DNA of 64,000 bases from Candidatus Fimihabitans intestinipullorum (GTDB lineage: Bacteria > Bacillota_I > Bacilli_A > RF39 > UBA660): the NCBI GenBank assembly GCA_018714965.1, contig DVML01000007.1, positions 5,323 through 69,322 of the forward strand, in the 5' to 3' direction. The notes under the pieces are model-generated. The model saw only the letters and a program-made list of their open reading frames with translations, had not been told where the DNA came from and did no database searches. A program made the position numbers and the translations under genes. Positions within the stretch are counted from its first letter, which is position 1. Every line of letters starts with the position of its first letter. Shown here piece by piece: positions 26,789 through 36,863 of the stretch.

Positions 26789-27700
26789 ATGAAAAACGCT
26801 ATTCGTTATTACTATAACTTATATGTGGAAAATATCCACCAAGCAGATCAACAGTATCGTTTTCAAATAGGCCAAGATCATTATTTATTTGTCGTTGTCG
26901 ATCTATCTTTGGAAGAAGTGATGGAAGTCTATCAACTTTCTACACAATTATTACAGCATGGAGTGTTATGTCATGAAATCATCTTGAATCAGCAGAATCA
27001 AGTTGTAACAATTATAAATCAAAAGCCGTATGTACTTTTAAAAATGCGTTTTTATAAAAATGATCTGGTCATATTAAACGATTGCTTTTATTTGACACAA
27101 TATGGAATAGAAGCAAATAAGAGTGATCTTTTAAAGAGAAATGACTGGTATCAATTATGGACTTTAAAAATTGATTATTTAGAATATCAAGTAAGTCAAT
27201 TTGGAAAGAAGTTTCCAATTGTTCGTGAAAGTTTTGGTTATTTTATAGGTTTGTCGGAAAATAGTATTACGTTATTTCAACAGTTATCAAAAAAGAATGC
27301 TCCCCTTTGTGTTGCGCATCGAAGAGTTTATAAGAATCAAACTTTATCTGATTTTTATAATCCACTGAATTTTGTCATCGACTTTCGTATCAGAGATATA
27401 AGCGAGTATTTTAAGATGCGATTTTTTGAAGGAATTCCTATATTAGAGGAAATAGAATCATATTTGAAAAGGGCAAATCTATCAGAAGACGAATTACAAT
27501 TGTTTTTTTGTCGTATGATGTTTCCTACTTATTATTTCGATCTGTATGAAAAGATTATAGCAGGAGAAGTTCCAGAGAAGGCTCTTTTGGATATTGTAGA
27601 TCATGTTTTAGAATATGAAGAATTTTTAAGAGCATTATATTTAGTTATTTTAAAAAGAACTTTATTACCAGAAATAGAATGGATAAAGAAAAAAATGTAA
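26789..27700 (+). CDS. CotS/YtaA-like phosphotransferase-fold protein (tentative)
   Basis: 303 aa; N-terminal region resembles spore-coat CotS-family kinase-like proteins; weak. Confidence 0.3.
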   Translation: MKNAIRYYYNLYVENIHQADQQYRFQIGQDHYLFVVVDLSLEEVMEVYQLSTQLLQHGVLCHEIILNQQNQVVTIINQKPYVLLKMRFYKNDLVILNDCFYLTQYGIEANKSDLLKRNDWYQLWTLKIDYLEYQVSQFGKKFPIVRESFGYFIGLSENSITLFQQLSKKNAPLCVAHRRVYKNQTLSDFYNPLNFVIDFRIRDISEYFKMRFFEGIPILEEIESYLKRANLSEDELQLFFCRMMFPTYYFDLYEKIIAGEVPEKALLDIVDHVLEYEEFLRALYLVILKRTLLPEIEWIKKKM

Positions 27701-27702
27701 GA

Positions 27703-27945
27703 TTAAGATCTTACATTGACAACTTCTTTAATTTCTGGAATCTCTTCTTTTAATGCGAATTCAATCCCATCTTTTAATGTGTAGTCTAACATTTCACAGT
27801 TAGAACAAGCCCCAGTCATTTGTATATATACAATATGATCCTGGTATTTAATAAATTCAATATTTCCACCTTCTGAAATTAAGAAAGGCCTTAATTGATC
27901 TAAGACATCTATAATTTTCTTTTCTGTTTCTGACATGTTCATCAC
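27703..27945 (-). CDS. NifU-like (Nfu) Fe-S cluster assembly domain protein
   Basis: 80 aa with GACSNC motif in NifU C-terminal-domain context. Confidence 0.6.
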   Translation of the reverse strand: MMNMSETEKKIIDVLDQLRPFLISEGGNIEFIKYQDHIVYIQMTGACSNCEMLDYTLKDGIEFALKEEIPEIKEVVNVRS

Positions 27946-27989
27946 CTTTACAAATTATACAATACATTTCTAAATTAGTAAACAACCTT

Positions 27990-28019
27990 TTGCATTTCTA
28001 TAATTATCTATGCTATAAT
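27990..28019 (+). promoter_or_regulatory. sigma-A promoter TTGCAT-N18-TATAAT with TGc extended -10
   Basis: TTGCAT 27990-27995; TGCTATAAT 28011-28019. Confidence 0.55.
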
Positions 28020-28038
28020 AAACAAAGAGGTGGGAACC

Positions 28039-28422
28039 ATGGCAAATTATAAGAAAGGAAATATAGTAACGGGAACGGTCACAGGAATAGAATCTTATGG
28101 TGTATTTGTATCTTTTGATGAATACTATAGTGGATTGATCCATATTTCTGAGATTTCTCATGGTTTTGTGAAAGACATCCACGATTATGTAAAAGTAGGC
28201 GATGTAATCAAAGTAGAGATATTAGAGGTCGATGAAGAGACATCACATTTAAAATTAAGTATTAAAAATATCGGTGTTGAAAAACCAAAATCAAATCGCC
28301 GAAAAAAGAGAAAAATAGAGGAAACTGCGTCTGGTTTTCGTACATTAGCAAAGAAATTACCATATTGGATTAAGGAAAATTTAAAAAAACAGGAAAATGG
28401 AATAAATTCTATTGACAAATAA
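28039..28422 (+). CDS. S1 RNA-binding domain protein (general stress protein 13/YugI-like)
   Basis: S1 domain signature GNIVTGTVTGIESYGVFV...GLIHISEIS; basic C-terminal tail; start at ATG 28039 with RBS AAGAGGTG. Confidence 0.65.
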   Translation: MANYKKGNIVTGTVTGIESYGVFVSFDEYYSGLIHISEISHGFVKDIHDYVKVGDVIKVEILEVDEETSHLKLSIKNIGVEKPKSNRRKKRKIEETASGFRTLAKKLPYWIKENLKKQENGINSIDK

Positions 28423-28461
28423 ATATATAAATGTTATATTTAATTACGTCCAGTGGTTTAC

Positions 28462-28538
28462 GGGCGCTTAGCTCAGTTGGTTAGAGCACCTGCCTTACAA
28501 GCAGGGGGTCATAGGTTCGAGTCCTATAGCGCCCACCA
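28462..28538 (+). tRNA. tRNA-Val (anticodon TAC)
   Basis: Cloverleaf folded by hand; anticodon loop CTTACAA; encoded CCA. Confidence 0.85.
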
Positions 28539-28547
28539 TATTTTTTT

Positions 28548-28623
<76 letters not shown>

Positions 28624-28628
28624 TCGAT

Positions 28629-28712
28629 GGGGGGATAGCGAAGTGGTCAAACGCGGCAGACTGTAAATCTGTTCCTTCGGGTTCAAAGGTTCAAATCCTT
28701 TTCCCCCCACCA
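28629..28712 (+). tRNA. tRNA-Tyr (anticodon GTA), long variable arm
   Basis: Loop CTGTAAA; acceptor GGGGGGA/TCCCCCC; CCA. Confidence 0.8.
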
Positions 28713-28739
28713 CTGATTATGACCAGTTTTACATAAATT

Positions 28740-28814
28740 TGCCTCGTAGCCAAGCGGTAAGGCACCACACTTTGACTGTGGCATTCGCTAGTTCGAGTCT
28801 AGCCGAGGCAGCCA
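28740..28814 (+). tRNA. tRNA-Gln (anticodon TTG)
   Basis: U1-A72 acceptor TGCCTCG/CGAGGCA as in Bacillus tRNA-Gln; loop CTTTGAC; discriminator G, CCA. Confidence 0.75.
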
Positions 28815-28821
28815 TTATTAT

Positions 28822-28897
28822 GTTCCGCTAGCTCAGTAGGTAGAGCATTTGACTTTTAATCAAAGGGTCCGGAGTTCGAATCTCCGGCGGGACACCA
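28822..28897 (+). tRNA. tRNA-Lys (anticodon TTT)
   Basis: Loop CTTTTAA; CCA. Confidence 0.8.
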
Positions 28898-28909
28898 TTT
28901 TGAATATTG

Positions 28910-28936
28910 CAAATCCATTGGATTTGTTTTATTTTT
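28910..28936 (+). terminator. rho-independent terminator after first tRNA group
   Basis: CAAATCC-att-GGATTTG hairpin then TTTTATTTTT. Confidence 0.65.
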
Positions 28937-28998
28937 AACTATCGCTTGCATAAAATAGGATAGAAATTCATAGAATTAAAAAAAACATATAAAAAAGC

Positions 28999-29027
28999 TT
29001 GCAAAAATAAGATAGTTATTGTATAAT
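28999..29027 (+). promoter_or_regulatory. sigma-A promoter TTGCAA-N17-TATAAT for second tRNA group
   Basis: TTGCAA 28999-29004, TATAAT 29022-29027. Confidence 0.65.
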
Positions 29028-29061
29028 TTAAATTGTCTGATTTATATCAGGTCAATGTGTT

Positions 29062-29150
29062 GCCTGAGTGGCGGAATAGGTAGACGCACAGGACTTAAAA
29101 TCCTGCGAGGGTTATACCTCATGCCGGTTCAAGTCCGGCCTTAGGCACCA
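29062..29150 (+). tRNA. tRNA-Leu (anticodon TAA), long variable arm
   Basis: Loop CTTAAAA; CCA. Confidence 0.8.
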
Positions 29151-29153
29151 ACT

Positions 29154-29244
29154 GGAGAAATACCCAAGTCTGGTTGAAGGGACCGGTCTTGAAAACCGGG
29201 AGGTCGGAAACGGCGCGGGGGTTCGAATCCCTCTTTCTCCGCCA
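29154..29244 (+). tRNA. tRNA-Ser (anticodon TGA), long variable arm
   Basis: Loop CTTGAAA; CCA. Confidence 0.8.
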
Positions 29245-29251
29245 TTTATAT

Positions 29252-29328
<77 letters not shown>

Positions 29329-29332
29329 ATTT

Positions 29333-29408
29333 GGTCCCGTGGTGTAGCGGTTATCACGTCTGCCTGTCACGCAGAAGATCGCGAGTTCGATTCTCGTCGG
29401 GACCGCCA
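29333..29408 (+). tRNA. tRNA-Asp (anticodon GTC)
   Basis: Loop CCTGTCA; CCA. Confidence 0.8.
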
Positions 29409-29416
29409 TTTATTTT

Positions 29417-29492
29417 GGCTCTGTAGCTCAGTCGGTAGAGCAAGGGACTGAAAATCCCTGTGTCGATGGTTCGATTCCATTCGGAGCCACCA
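29417..29492 (+). tRNA. tRNA-Phe (anticodon GAA)
   Basis: Loop CTGAAAA; CCA. Confidence 0.8.
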
Positions 29493-29524
29493 TTTTAATG
29501 TGAATATATACCACATAAGGAAGT

Positions 29525-29548
29525 AATACATTTTGTATTATTTTTTTT
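29525..29548 (+). terminator. rho-independent terminator after tRNA-Phe
   Basis: AATACA-ttt-TGTATT hairpin then ATTTTTTTT. Confidence 0.55.
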
Positions 29549-29618
29549 ATTCCCTCTTTTTTTGTTAGCAAAAATATGGTATTATTATATATAGGATAAA
29601 ATAGAAAGGGGAAGTTAT

Positions 29619-30776
29619 ATGGAAGAATCAAAGCAAACAAACAAATCAAATCCACAATCACAGGATCAAAGCACATCTGTTTTTGGAGGGTTTAAAATTG
29701 CCGAGGATCAAGGGTCTGGACAAGCAACCCCTATTGAAAATAAACAGGAAACACCGGAGGTGTCAGAACAACAAGGACCTGTTGACATACCAACACCACA
29801 AGAATCTGCACCAGTAGAAGTGAAACCTGCAGAGAATAATACATCATCAGAGTCAATGGACTTGTTTGATGGATTTCCTATTGCTGATGAGAACAATGAG
29901 ACATCAGAATCAGTCACGACTCCACCACCAGTGACAGCACCTGAAGTAAAACAAGATTCTAATATACAGTCCCCGACGAATGTGGTCGCAGAATCGGAAT
30001 CTCAAGACTCTGTTCAGGCAAATCAGGAGACGAAAGTAGAAGAAATGCCAACTCCACCTGTCAATGGTGCAGAAATGACACCGCCGGTTGAACCTTCTAA
30101 TGGTCAAGATAATAATAATGACCAAAATAATAAAGAGAAACCAGTAAAAAAAGGCGTAGACTTTTTTCTGATAGGGTTATTCATATTATTGGCTATCGTT
30201 ATTTTTAATCTTCCTACGATTAGTAGTTATTTGAAAGGGGATAAGAAAAAAGCATCTCCAACACCAACACCAACTGCGACACCGACAGCAACACCTGAAC
30301 CAACTGCCGTTGCTTATACAAAATTAACTTGCAACGCAACGGAATCAACAGAGAATGTTACAGATGAAAATGATTTACCTGCTATTTATACGTATACTGC
30401 AGGAGGAGTAACTAAGAGTTTGTCACGTGTGTTTTATTCTAGCAATGGAAAATTGAAACAGGTCGAAAATATTATTACGATAGATTATCAAACAGTAGAT
30501 ACAACAAATCAAGCTCAATTTGATCAACAAAAGCAACGTTGTGCTACTTTAAGTGAAACACCAATTAGTGCAGACGGATACAAATATACATGTAAGCAGA
30601 CAGATAATAAGTTCGTGGAGACAGAAACTTTTGATTTGACTCAAAATGATCAAGCGGTAACTGTTACAAAAGATGGAGTAACAACTATGATGTCGAGTGG
30701 ATATTCATTAGATGACGATATGAACAAAGTAAAAGAAGTAGTGGTACTATTGGGGAATAAAGTTGTTTGTAAATAA
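29619..30776 (+). CDS. secreted/membrane-anchored protein with disordered acidic N-terminal region, one TM, TP-rich linker and C-terminal globular domain
   Basis: 385 aa; central hydrophobic helix FFLIGLFILLAIVIF; PTPTPTATPTATPEPT linker. Confidence 0.45.
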   Translation: MEESKQTNKSNPQSQDQSTSVFGGFKIAEDQGSGQATPIENKQETPEVSEQQGPVDIPTPQESAPVEVKPAENNTSSESMDLFDGFPIADENNETSESVTTPPPVTAPEVKQDSNIQSPTNVVAESESQDSVQANQETKVEEMPTPPVNGAEMTPPVEPSNGQDNNNDQNNKEKPVKKGVDFFLIGLFILLAIVIFNLPTISSYLKGDKKKASPTPTPTATPTATPEPTAVAYTKLTCNATESTENVTDENDLPAIYTYTAGGVTKSLSRVFYSSNGKLKQVENIITIDYQTVDTTNQAQFDQQKQRCATLSETPISADGYKYTCKQTDNKFVETETFDLTQNDQAVTVTKDGVTTMMSSGYSLDDDMNKVKEVVVLLGNKVVCK

Positions 30777-30799
30777 ATACACTTCGGTGTATTTTTTTT
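30776..30799 (+). terminator. rho-independent terminator
   Basis: AATACAC-ttcg-GTGTATT hairpin then TTTTTT. Confidence 0.65.
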
Positions 30800-30818
30800 C
30801 TGAAATGATAAAAATATA

Positions 30819-30847
30819 TTGCAAAATATAAAAAGTGGTGCTATAAT
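30819..30847 (+). promoter_or_regulatory. sigma-A promoter TTGCAA-N17-TATAAT with TGc extended -10 for tRNA-Arg/Pro group
   Basis: TTGCAA 30819-30824; TGCTATAAT 30839-30847. Confidence 0.65.
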
Positions 30848-30914
30848 GTATGATGTAATTGCCGATAAATGCATATTTATCTCAGTTATCTCATATTTAT
30901 TAATATGAATGAGT

Positions 30915-30991
30915 GCGCCCTTAGCTCAATTGGATAGAGCGTTAGACTACGGATCTAAAGGTTAGGGGTTCGACTCCCTTAGGGCGCACCA
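30915..30991 (+). tRNA. tRNA-Arg (anticodon ACG)
   Basis: Loop CTACGGA; CCA. Confidence 0.8.
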
Positions 30992-30994
30992 TCT

Positions 30995-31071
30995 CGGGAA
31001 ATAGCACAATTTGGTAGTGCACTTGGTTTGGGACCAAGGGGTTGCAGGTTCAAATCCTGTTTTCCCGACCA
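30995..31071 (+). tRNA. tRNA-Pro (anticodon TGG)
   Basis: Loop TTTGGGA; CCA. Confidence 0.8.
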
Positions 31072-31123
31072 TTTGAAATAAAAGCCTTGGTTATCAAGGC
31101 TTTTCTCATATATATTGAATTAT

Positions 31124-31200
31124 CGGGAAGTAGCACAGCTTGGTAGTGCACTTGGTTCGGGACCAAGAGGTCGCAGGTTCAAATCCTGTCTTCCCGACCA
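31124..31200 (+). tRNA. tRNA-Pro (anticodon CGG)
   Basis: Loop TTCGGGA; near-identical backbone to previous tRNA-Pro; CCA. Confidence 0.8.
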
Positions 31201-31232
31201 CGTTGTAAATCAATCAATGATTGATTATATAT

Positions 31233-31259
31233 AAGATCCAATTGATTTGGATCTTTTTT
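31233..31259 (+). terminator. rho-independent terminator after tRNA-Pro
   Basis: AAGATCCAA-ttgat-TTGGATCTT 9-bp stem then TTTT. Confidence 0.65.
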
Positions 31260-31312
31260 GTTCGATTTTTTTCAAAAACATGTTATACTAGGTGTGTAAG
31301 TAGGGTGGAATT

Positions 31313-31741
31313 ATGAAGAGGGTTGTGTGTTTGATAGGACTTGCTATTTTACTTTGTGGGTGTGAACAGAAAAAGACGTTGGTTTGTACAAAGAATAGTA
31401 CTTCATATGGTGTAGAAGCAAAAGAGAAGATTGCAATTACATTTGATAAATATAAAGTAAAGAAGACTGTTGTAGATATTCAAAGTACAATTGCTATAGA
31501 ACATCAAGACCAAATAAAAGCATATATGGATCAATTTTTAACGCTATACGAAAAACATAGAAAAGAAAATGGAGTTAAAGTTGATGTAACACAAGAAAAA
31601 AATATAGTACGTTTTAAAATGTCGATCAACCCTTGGCAAGCAAGTGAAAAAATTACAGGTGTTCCACAGACTGCTGATTTAGAGGAAACGAAGCAGTATT
31701 TCAAACGAGACGGATATCAATGCAAACAAAACGAGGCTTAA
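31313..31741 (+). CDS. lipoprotein (lipobox LLCGC)
   Basis: 142 aa; signal peptide with L-L-C-G-C lipobox. Confidence 0.55.
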   Translation: MKRVVCLIGLAILLCGCEQKKTLVCTKNSTSYGVEAKEKIAITFDKYKVKKTVVDIQSTIAIEHQDQIKAYMDQFLTLYEKHRKENGVKVDVTQEKNIVRFKMSINPWQASEKITGVPQTADLEETKQYFKRDGYQCKQNEA

Positions 31742-32646
31742 GATTGAGCCCCGTTTTTTTGTTGCTTTTTGAGTCGCATATTTTTAAAAATATAATAAAC
31801 GATAATCTCCATGATCCCTATTCCTATCATAACTCCGGCGATGATAAGCATAGATAGAGAGATAGAAGAAAAGATAATATTGCTAAATTGGATCATTAAA
31901 CTGTATTCTGCAGATAGGAAAATATCCGACATTCCTGGCAAAAGACAACCGATAGCTATGATTACAATACTAGCACACAAGACAGGAATTGCTTGAAATA
32001 ATAGCCATTTTTGATGCTTCCACTTTAATGGGACCAGAACAATAGCAAATGCAATAGTAAATAGAAGACAAACGTTTCTTAAATGATCACTGGAAATTGT
32101 TTGAACATTTTCGATAAGTTTCGCATCTAAGTGATTTATAATTTGTTCTGATGTTGGGATGGAATCGATAATTTTCTGTGAGTAAGATTTTGCGAGGGAT
32201 ACGAATTTTTTCTTTTGATCTTCTGTTAAAGATTGGCCGCTATTTTGAGCGAATCTATCTACATTTTCTTCGATAAGCTGATCCAGTTCTTGTTTGGTAA
32301 TTGGATCATAAGCTTTTCCATTGACAACCTGATCGATTGTCTCACCGATAATCGTTCCAAAGAAGTTTTTAACTTCCGTTGAATTTAAAGAGCTATCTAC
32401 AAATTCTTTTGGAATGTTATTTTCTTCTGCTGCCAGATAAATTTCATCGATCGTATCGCTAAAAATAGGGGATGAGACTGTTCCATTTTCTCCAGTAGTT
32501 GTAATTGTCATTCTTTGAATAGATCTTTGAATATAGTTTGATTTTAAAGAAGCATTTGTCTGAAATAATACAGCAGTTACGATGCATCCTAAGAATAACA
32601 AAATAGAGATAAGAACAGATATCAATTGATTAAGGGCATGTTTCAT
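31738..32646 (-). CDS. hypothetical membrane protein
   Basis: 302 aa; N-terminal and C-terminal TM segments; convergent with previous gene across a shared hairpin. Confidence 0.45.
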   Translation of the reverse strand: MKHALNQLISVLISILLFLGCIVTAVLFQTNASLKSNYIQRSIQRMTITTTGENGTVSSPIFSDTIDEIYLAAEENNIPKEFVDSSLNSTEVKNFFGTIIGETIDQVVNGKAYDPITKQELDQLIEENVDRFAQNSGQSLTEDQKKKFVSLAKSYSQKIIDSIPTSEQIINHLDAKLIENVQTISSDHLRNVCLLFTIAFAIVLVPLKWKHQKWLLFQAIPVLCASIVIIAIGCLLPGMSDIFLSAEYSLMIQFSNIIFSSISLSMLIIAGVMIGIGIMEIIVYYIFKNMRLKKQQKNGAQS

Positions 32647-32758
32647 AGAGTCACCTTCCTATGAATATTATAATGGTTATTTTTTATTTTCGCAAATTGG
32701 AGAGGGTGGCAATTTTCGTCATTTTATTGTATAATAGCCTATAGAAAGTTGGGGAAAA

Positions 32759-35272
32759 ATGAAAAAAAAGCAAGATCTTATATATCAATTTTTGTTAATT
32801 TTTTTTGTATTATTCCTATTTTGGCTAGTAGTAGATAGTGATGTTTTATTTGGATCAAAAACGGACTGGATTAGTCAACATGTCGTTTTTCCTGAATATT
32901 TGAGAACTCTTTTCTACGATACGGGAGAGTTATTTCCAAATTTCGCACCTCATATCGGTGCTGGTCAAAACATATATGTGCTTTCTTATTATGGACTTTT
33001 AAATCCTATTATTATGCTTTCTTATCTTTTTCCACAGGTATCGATGGTAGACTATATTATTACAATCAATTATGTTTTATTTTTATGTACAGGATTGTTT
33101 TTTTATCATTTTATGAGGAGTCATAAAAAGTCACCAAATATTTCTTTATTAACGACGCTTTTGGTAATATTTAGCAGTTGTCTTTTATTTCATTTCCATC
33201 GTCATTTTATGTTTGTCAATTACATGCCTTTCCTAATTTTAGGCCTTATGGGAATTGATCATTATTTTAAAACAAATAAAAAATGGATCTATATGTTATC
33301 TACATTTATGATGATTATGATGAGCTATTATTATAGTGTGACTGGAATTTTTGTCATGGTTATTTATGGAATTTATCAATATATTCGAGTTCATGAAAAG
33401 ATAACGGTGCAAGAGTTTTTGAAAGATGGGATTCGGTTTATTATTCCTATTGTCGTCACTATTTTGATGGCTGGGGTTTTATTATTACCGACGGCTTATA
33501 CAATTTTAAATGGACGTACTGATCAGACAACATCGATTCAATTAGCATCGTTATTCATTCCTGATTTAAATTTAGATGGTTTACTCTATGGAACCTATAG
33601 TCTTGGGTTTACGAGTGTTATTTTATTTGCGTTAATCGAAAATTTATTTTCTGAAAAAAGAGAAAATAAATGGTTATCCATTGCGGTAATATGCGTACTT
33701 GTCTTTCCTATTTTTATTTATTTGTTGAATGGGACACTTTATGTAAGGGATAAGATATTACTTCCATTTTTACCGCTGATGGGAATTTTATTAGCTGATT
33801 TCTTAGAGATGTTTAAAAATAAAGAATTACATTTAAAAGTGTTATATATTTCCACTGCAGTGATTGTCTTACTTGCGTTAATACAAAACGAGCAAGAAAT
33901 TTTCTTCTATATCGATATTGTAATTATGTGGATTATTCTTTTTATCGGAAGTAAAATTGGATATAGAACGATATGCATAGGAACGATTATACTAGTAGCA
34001 TTTACAAACTTTATTATTGCGAATGCTAGTGATCAGTATGTTACAAAGGAAGAGTATAATACTTATTTTTCAAAAGAAAAACAAGAATTAATCGATCAAG
34101 TCTTAGAAAAAGAAGATAAGATTGTAAGAAGTAATCAACTAGATGATCCACTCTATACGATCAATAAAATATATCGTGATAATTATTATCAAACGTCTAT
34201 CTATTCATCTACATATAATGCAAATTATCGTAATTTTTATGATTCTGTGTTTGAACATCCATTATCTCATCGTAATAGTCTTATTACATCACAGACAAAT
34301 AATATTCTGTATCAGATGTTTATGGGAGTTCAATATGTTACAACGAAGAGAAAGGCCCCCGTCGGATATCGCAAAGTAGCTGGAGAAGAAGGAGAAACAT
34401 CGATATATAAAAATGCGAATGTTTTGCCGATTGGATATGTATCTTATCAAACTTTGAATGGAGAAGTGTTTGATAAAATTGAATTTCCATATAAAGATGA
34501 AGTATTATTAAATCAGACTGTGACGAAAAATAGCAGTAATGATCAATATGAGACACATATCAAAGAAATCGATTTACAGACAACTCCAAAATATATTGAA
34601 AGTGGTATCGATTATCGAAAGACTGATCAAGGATACCACATAGATGTATCAGAAACTAGTATGATGCAATTGAAATTAGATCACTCTTTGAAAAATAAAA
34701 TTTTAATTATTTCCTTCGATGTAAAAAATCAACCTGATTGTAGTGTTGGTGATCTTCGAATTACGATCAACCAAGTCAAAAATAAATTGACTTGTTCTGA
34801 TTGGCTTTATCAGAATCACAATGATACATTTAAATATGTGATTTCTTCATCGAAAGCTACAGCAACGCTTACGATCGGATTTGATCCAGGTAGTTATGAT
34901 TTAGAAAATATTCATGTATATGAATTAGATTATAATGATATAAAAGATGTGAAGAAGTCAAAAGATGAATGGAAACTAAATACAGACAAATCAAAAGGTG
35001 ATGTCTTAACGGGAAAAGTCACGGCAAAACAAGATGGATATTTTACAACAAGTATTCCATACGATGAAGGATTTACTGTTCTTGTCGATGGAAAAGAAGT
35101 AGAGTATGAAATGGTAAATAAGGGATTTGTAGGATTTCCAATCGAAGAAGGAACTCATACAGTCACACTAGAGTATCAATCTCCTTGGTTTAAAGCAGGA
35201 TTGTTCCTTAGTGGAATTGGACTATTAAGTGCATTAGTAATTATTATATTTGATATAAAAAAAAGAAAATAA
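32759..35272 (+). CDS. YfhO-family membrane glycosyltransferase-like protein
   Basis: 837 aa, >10 TM helices, N-terminal motif GSKTDWISQHVVFPEYLRTLFYDTGELFPNFAPHIGAGQNIYVLSYYGLLNP characteristic of YfhO family. Confidence 0.75.
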   Translation: MKKKQDLIYQFLLIFFVLFLFWLVVDSDVLFGSKTDWISQHVVFPEYLRTLFYDTGELFPNFAPHIGAGQNIYVLSYYGLLNPIIMLSYLFPQVSMVDYIITINYVLFLCTGLFFYHFMRSHKKSPNISLLTTLLVIFSSCLLFHFHRHFMFVNYMPFLILGLMGIDHYFKTNKKWIYMLSTFMMIMMSYYYSVTGIFVMVIYGIYQYIRVHEKITVQEFLKDGIRFIIPIVVTILMAGVLLLPTAYTILNGRTDQTTSIQLASLFIPDLNLDGLLYGTYSLGFTSVILFALIENLFSEKRENKWLSIAVICVLVFPIFIYLLNGTLYVRDKILLPFLPLMGILLADFLEMFKNKELHLKVLYISTAVIVLLALIQNEQEIFFYIDIVIMWIILFIGSKIGYRTICIGTIILVAFTNFIIANASDQYVTKEEYNTYFSKEKQELIDQVLEKEDKIVRSNQLDDPLYTINKIYRDNYYQTSIYSSTYNANYRNFYDSVFEHPLSHRNSLITSQTNNILYQMFMGVQYVTTKRKAPVGYRKVAGEEGETSIYKNANVLPIGYVSYQTLNGEVFDKIEFPYKDEVLLNQTVTKNSSNDQYETHIKEIDLQTTPKYIESGIDYRKTDQGYHIDVSETSMMQLKLDHSLKNKILIISFDVKNQPDCSVGDLRITINQVKNKLTCSDWLYQNHNDTFKYVISSSKATATLTIGFDPGSYDLENIHVYELDYNDIKDVKKSKDEWKLNTDKSKGDVLTGKVTAKQDGYFTTSIPYDEGFTVLVDGKEVEYEMVNKGFVGFPIEEGTHTVTLEYQSPWFKAGLFLSGIGLLSALVIIIFDIKKRK

Positions 35273-35335
35273 ATTTCTCTTTTTTCATACATTCATCTTC
35301 AAAGAAATAAAATGAAGTAGTGAGAAGGTTGATGT

Positions 35336-36586
35336 ATGAAAAAGAAAATATTGATTTGTTTGCTCGTCATATGGGGATTATGGATTGCAAGTTATTTATT
35401 TATCCGAATTGAAATTCATGGGGATAAAAAAGTATGGATTCGATTAAACGAACCGTATGAAGAGTTTGGAGCATCTGCTAGTTTCTTTGGGAAACATCTC
35501 GAAATTCAGATGACGGATAATATTAATACAAAAAAGAGTGGTACTTATTATGTATGTTATAAAACGAGAAATTTTTTAGGGATTGCTCGCTATAAAAAAA
35601 GAATAGTAGTTGTAGCAGATGAAAAAAAACCACAGATCGTTTTAAAAGGGGCTTCTTATATGGTTTTAAATCAAGGAAGCAAATATAAAGAACCCGGATA
35701 TCATGCACTCGATAATATAGATGGAACAATCACCGATAAAGTAAAAGTTTCTGGTACTGTGAACCCTGATAAAATTGGAAAGTATCGAATTACTTATCAG
35801 GTATCAGATAGCAGTAAGAATATGACGACTGTGACACGAACGGTCCATGTGATTTCATCAAATTTCCGATATCTCAATGAGTATGATAATATCGATAATA
35901 CACTGCGAGGATGGTGGACAGATAACAAGAAAGATCATAATCGACCATTAGGTGGAGCAGATATCAATGAATTAAAAAAGTATAATACATATTTTATGGG
36001 AGAAGATGAAAAGAGAATATATTTAACATTTGATGAAGGATCGAATGATACTTATATTAATGAAATTCTTGACGTATTAAAAGAAAAGAATGTAAAAGCA
36101 ACATTCTTCCTGTGTCATAATTATATTATTCACAATAAAGAGGTTTTAAAGCGTATGGTAAAAGAAGGACATCTAGTGGGAAATCATACAGCAGATCATA
36201 AAAAGATGCCAACATTAGCAACACGTGAAAACTTTGATGAATTTAAAAAGCAAATTCAAAAAAATGAGGAAGCTTTTTATAAGATGACAGGTAAGGAAAT
36301 GGGGAAAGTATATCGTGAACCTGCTGGAGAGTGGAGTTATCGAAGTTTGAAAATTGTATCTGATATGGGATATCGTACATATTTTTGGAGTGCAGATCAC
36401 TATGATTTCGATTATACAGTAACGAAAGAAAAGGCGTATGATGAAATGATGAAACGATATCACAATGGTGCGATATATTTACTACATCCGAAGAACAAAG
36501 GAAATTATGAAGCCTTAGGAGACTTCATCGATGAAATGAAATCGCGAGGTTATACGTTTGGTTTGGTCGATGAAATTGGAAATTAA
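35336..36586 (+). CDS. polysaccharide (peptidoglycan) deacetylase, NodB-homology domain, with N-terminal Ig-like (DUF5011-like) domain
   Basis: TFDEGSNDTYINEILDVLKEKNVKATFF and HTADHKKMP motifs (NodB TFDDG/H-x-x-x-H); signal/TM at N-terminus. Confidence 0.7.
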   Translation: MKKKILICLLVIWGLWIASYLFIRIEIHGDKKVWIRLNEPYEEFGASASFFGKHLEIQMTDNINTKKSGTYYVCYKTRNFLGIARYKKRIVVVADEKKPQIVLKGASYMVLNQGSKYKEPGYHALDNIDGTITDKVKVSGTVNPDKIGKYRITYQVSDSSKNMTTVTRTVHVISSNFRYLNEYDNIDNTLRGWWTDNKKDHNRPLGGADINELKKYNTYFMGEDEKRIYLTFDEGSNDTYINEILDVLKEKNVKATFFLCHNYIIHNKEVLKRMVKEGHLVGNHTADHKKMPTLATRENFDEFKKQIQKNEEAFYKMTGKEMGKVYREPAGEWSYRSLKIVSDMGYRTYFWSADHYDFDYTVTKEKAYDEMMKRYHNGAIYLLHPKNKGNYEALGDFIDEMKSRGYTFGLVDEIGN

Positions 36587-36660
36587 TAAAAAGTTGTTGA
36601 CATTTGATAATGTCTTTGATATAATCTATTTGTGTCTTTTGAAAAGGCATAAATAGTTAT

Positions 36661-36737
36661 GGGGAATTAGCTCAGTTGGCTAGAGCACCTGCCTTGCACG
36701 CAGGGGGTCGCGGGTTCGAGTCCCACATTCTCCACCA
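36661..36737 (+). tRNA. tRNA-Ala (anticodon TGC)
   Basis: GGGGAAT acceptor with G3:U70; loop CTTGCAC; CCA. Confidence 0.85.
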
Positions 36738-36863
36738 TGATGAAAGTAACCGTTGATTTTCAACGGTTTTTATTTATAATAAATGACTAGTATTCGCTTT
36801 AGAGAGAAAAAATTTGTAAAATAAAATAATTGTGCTATAATATGCTAGCAGCGGAGGGATAAT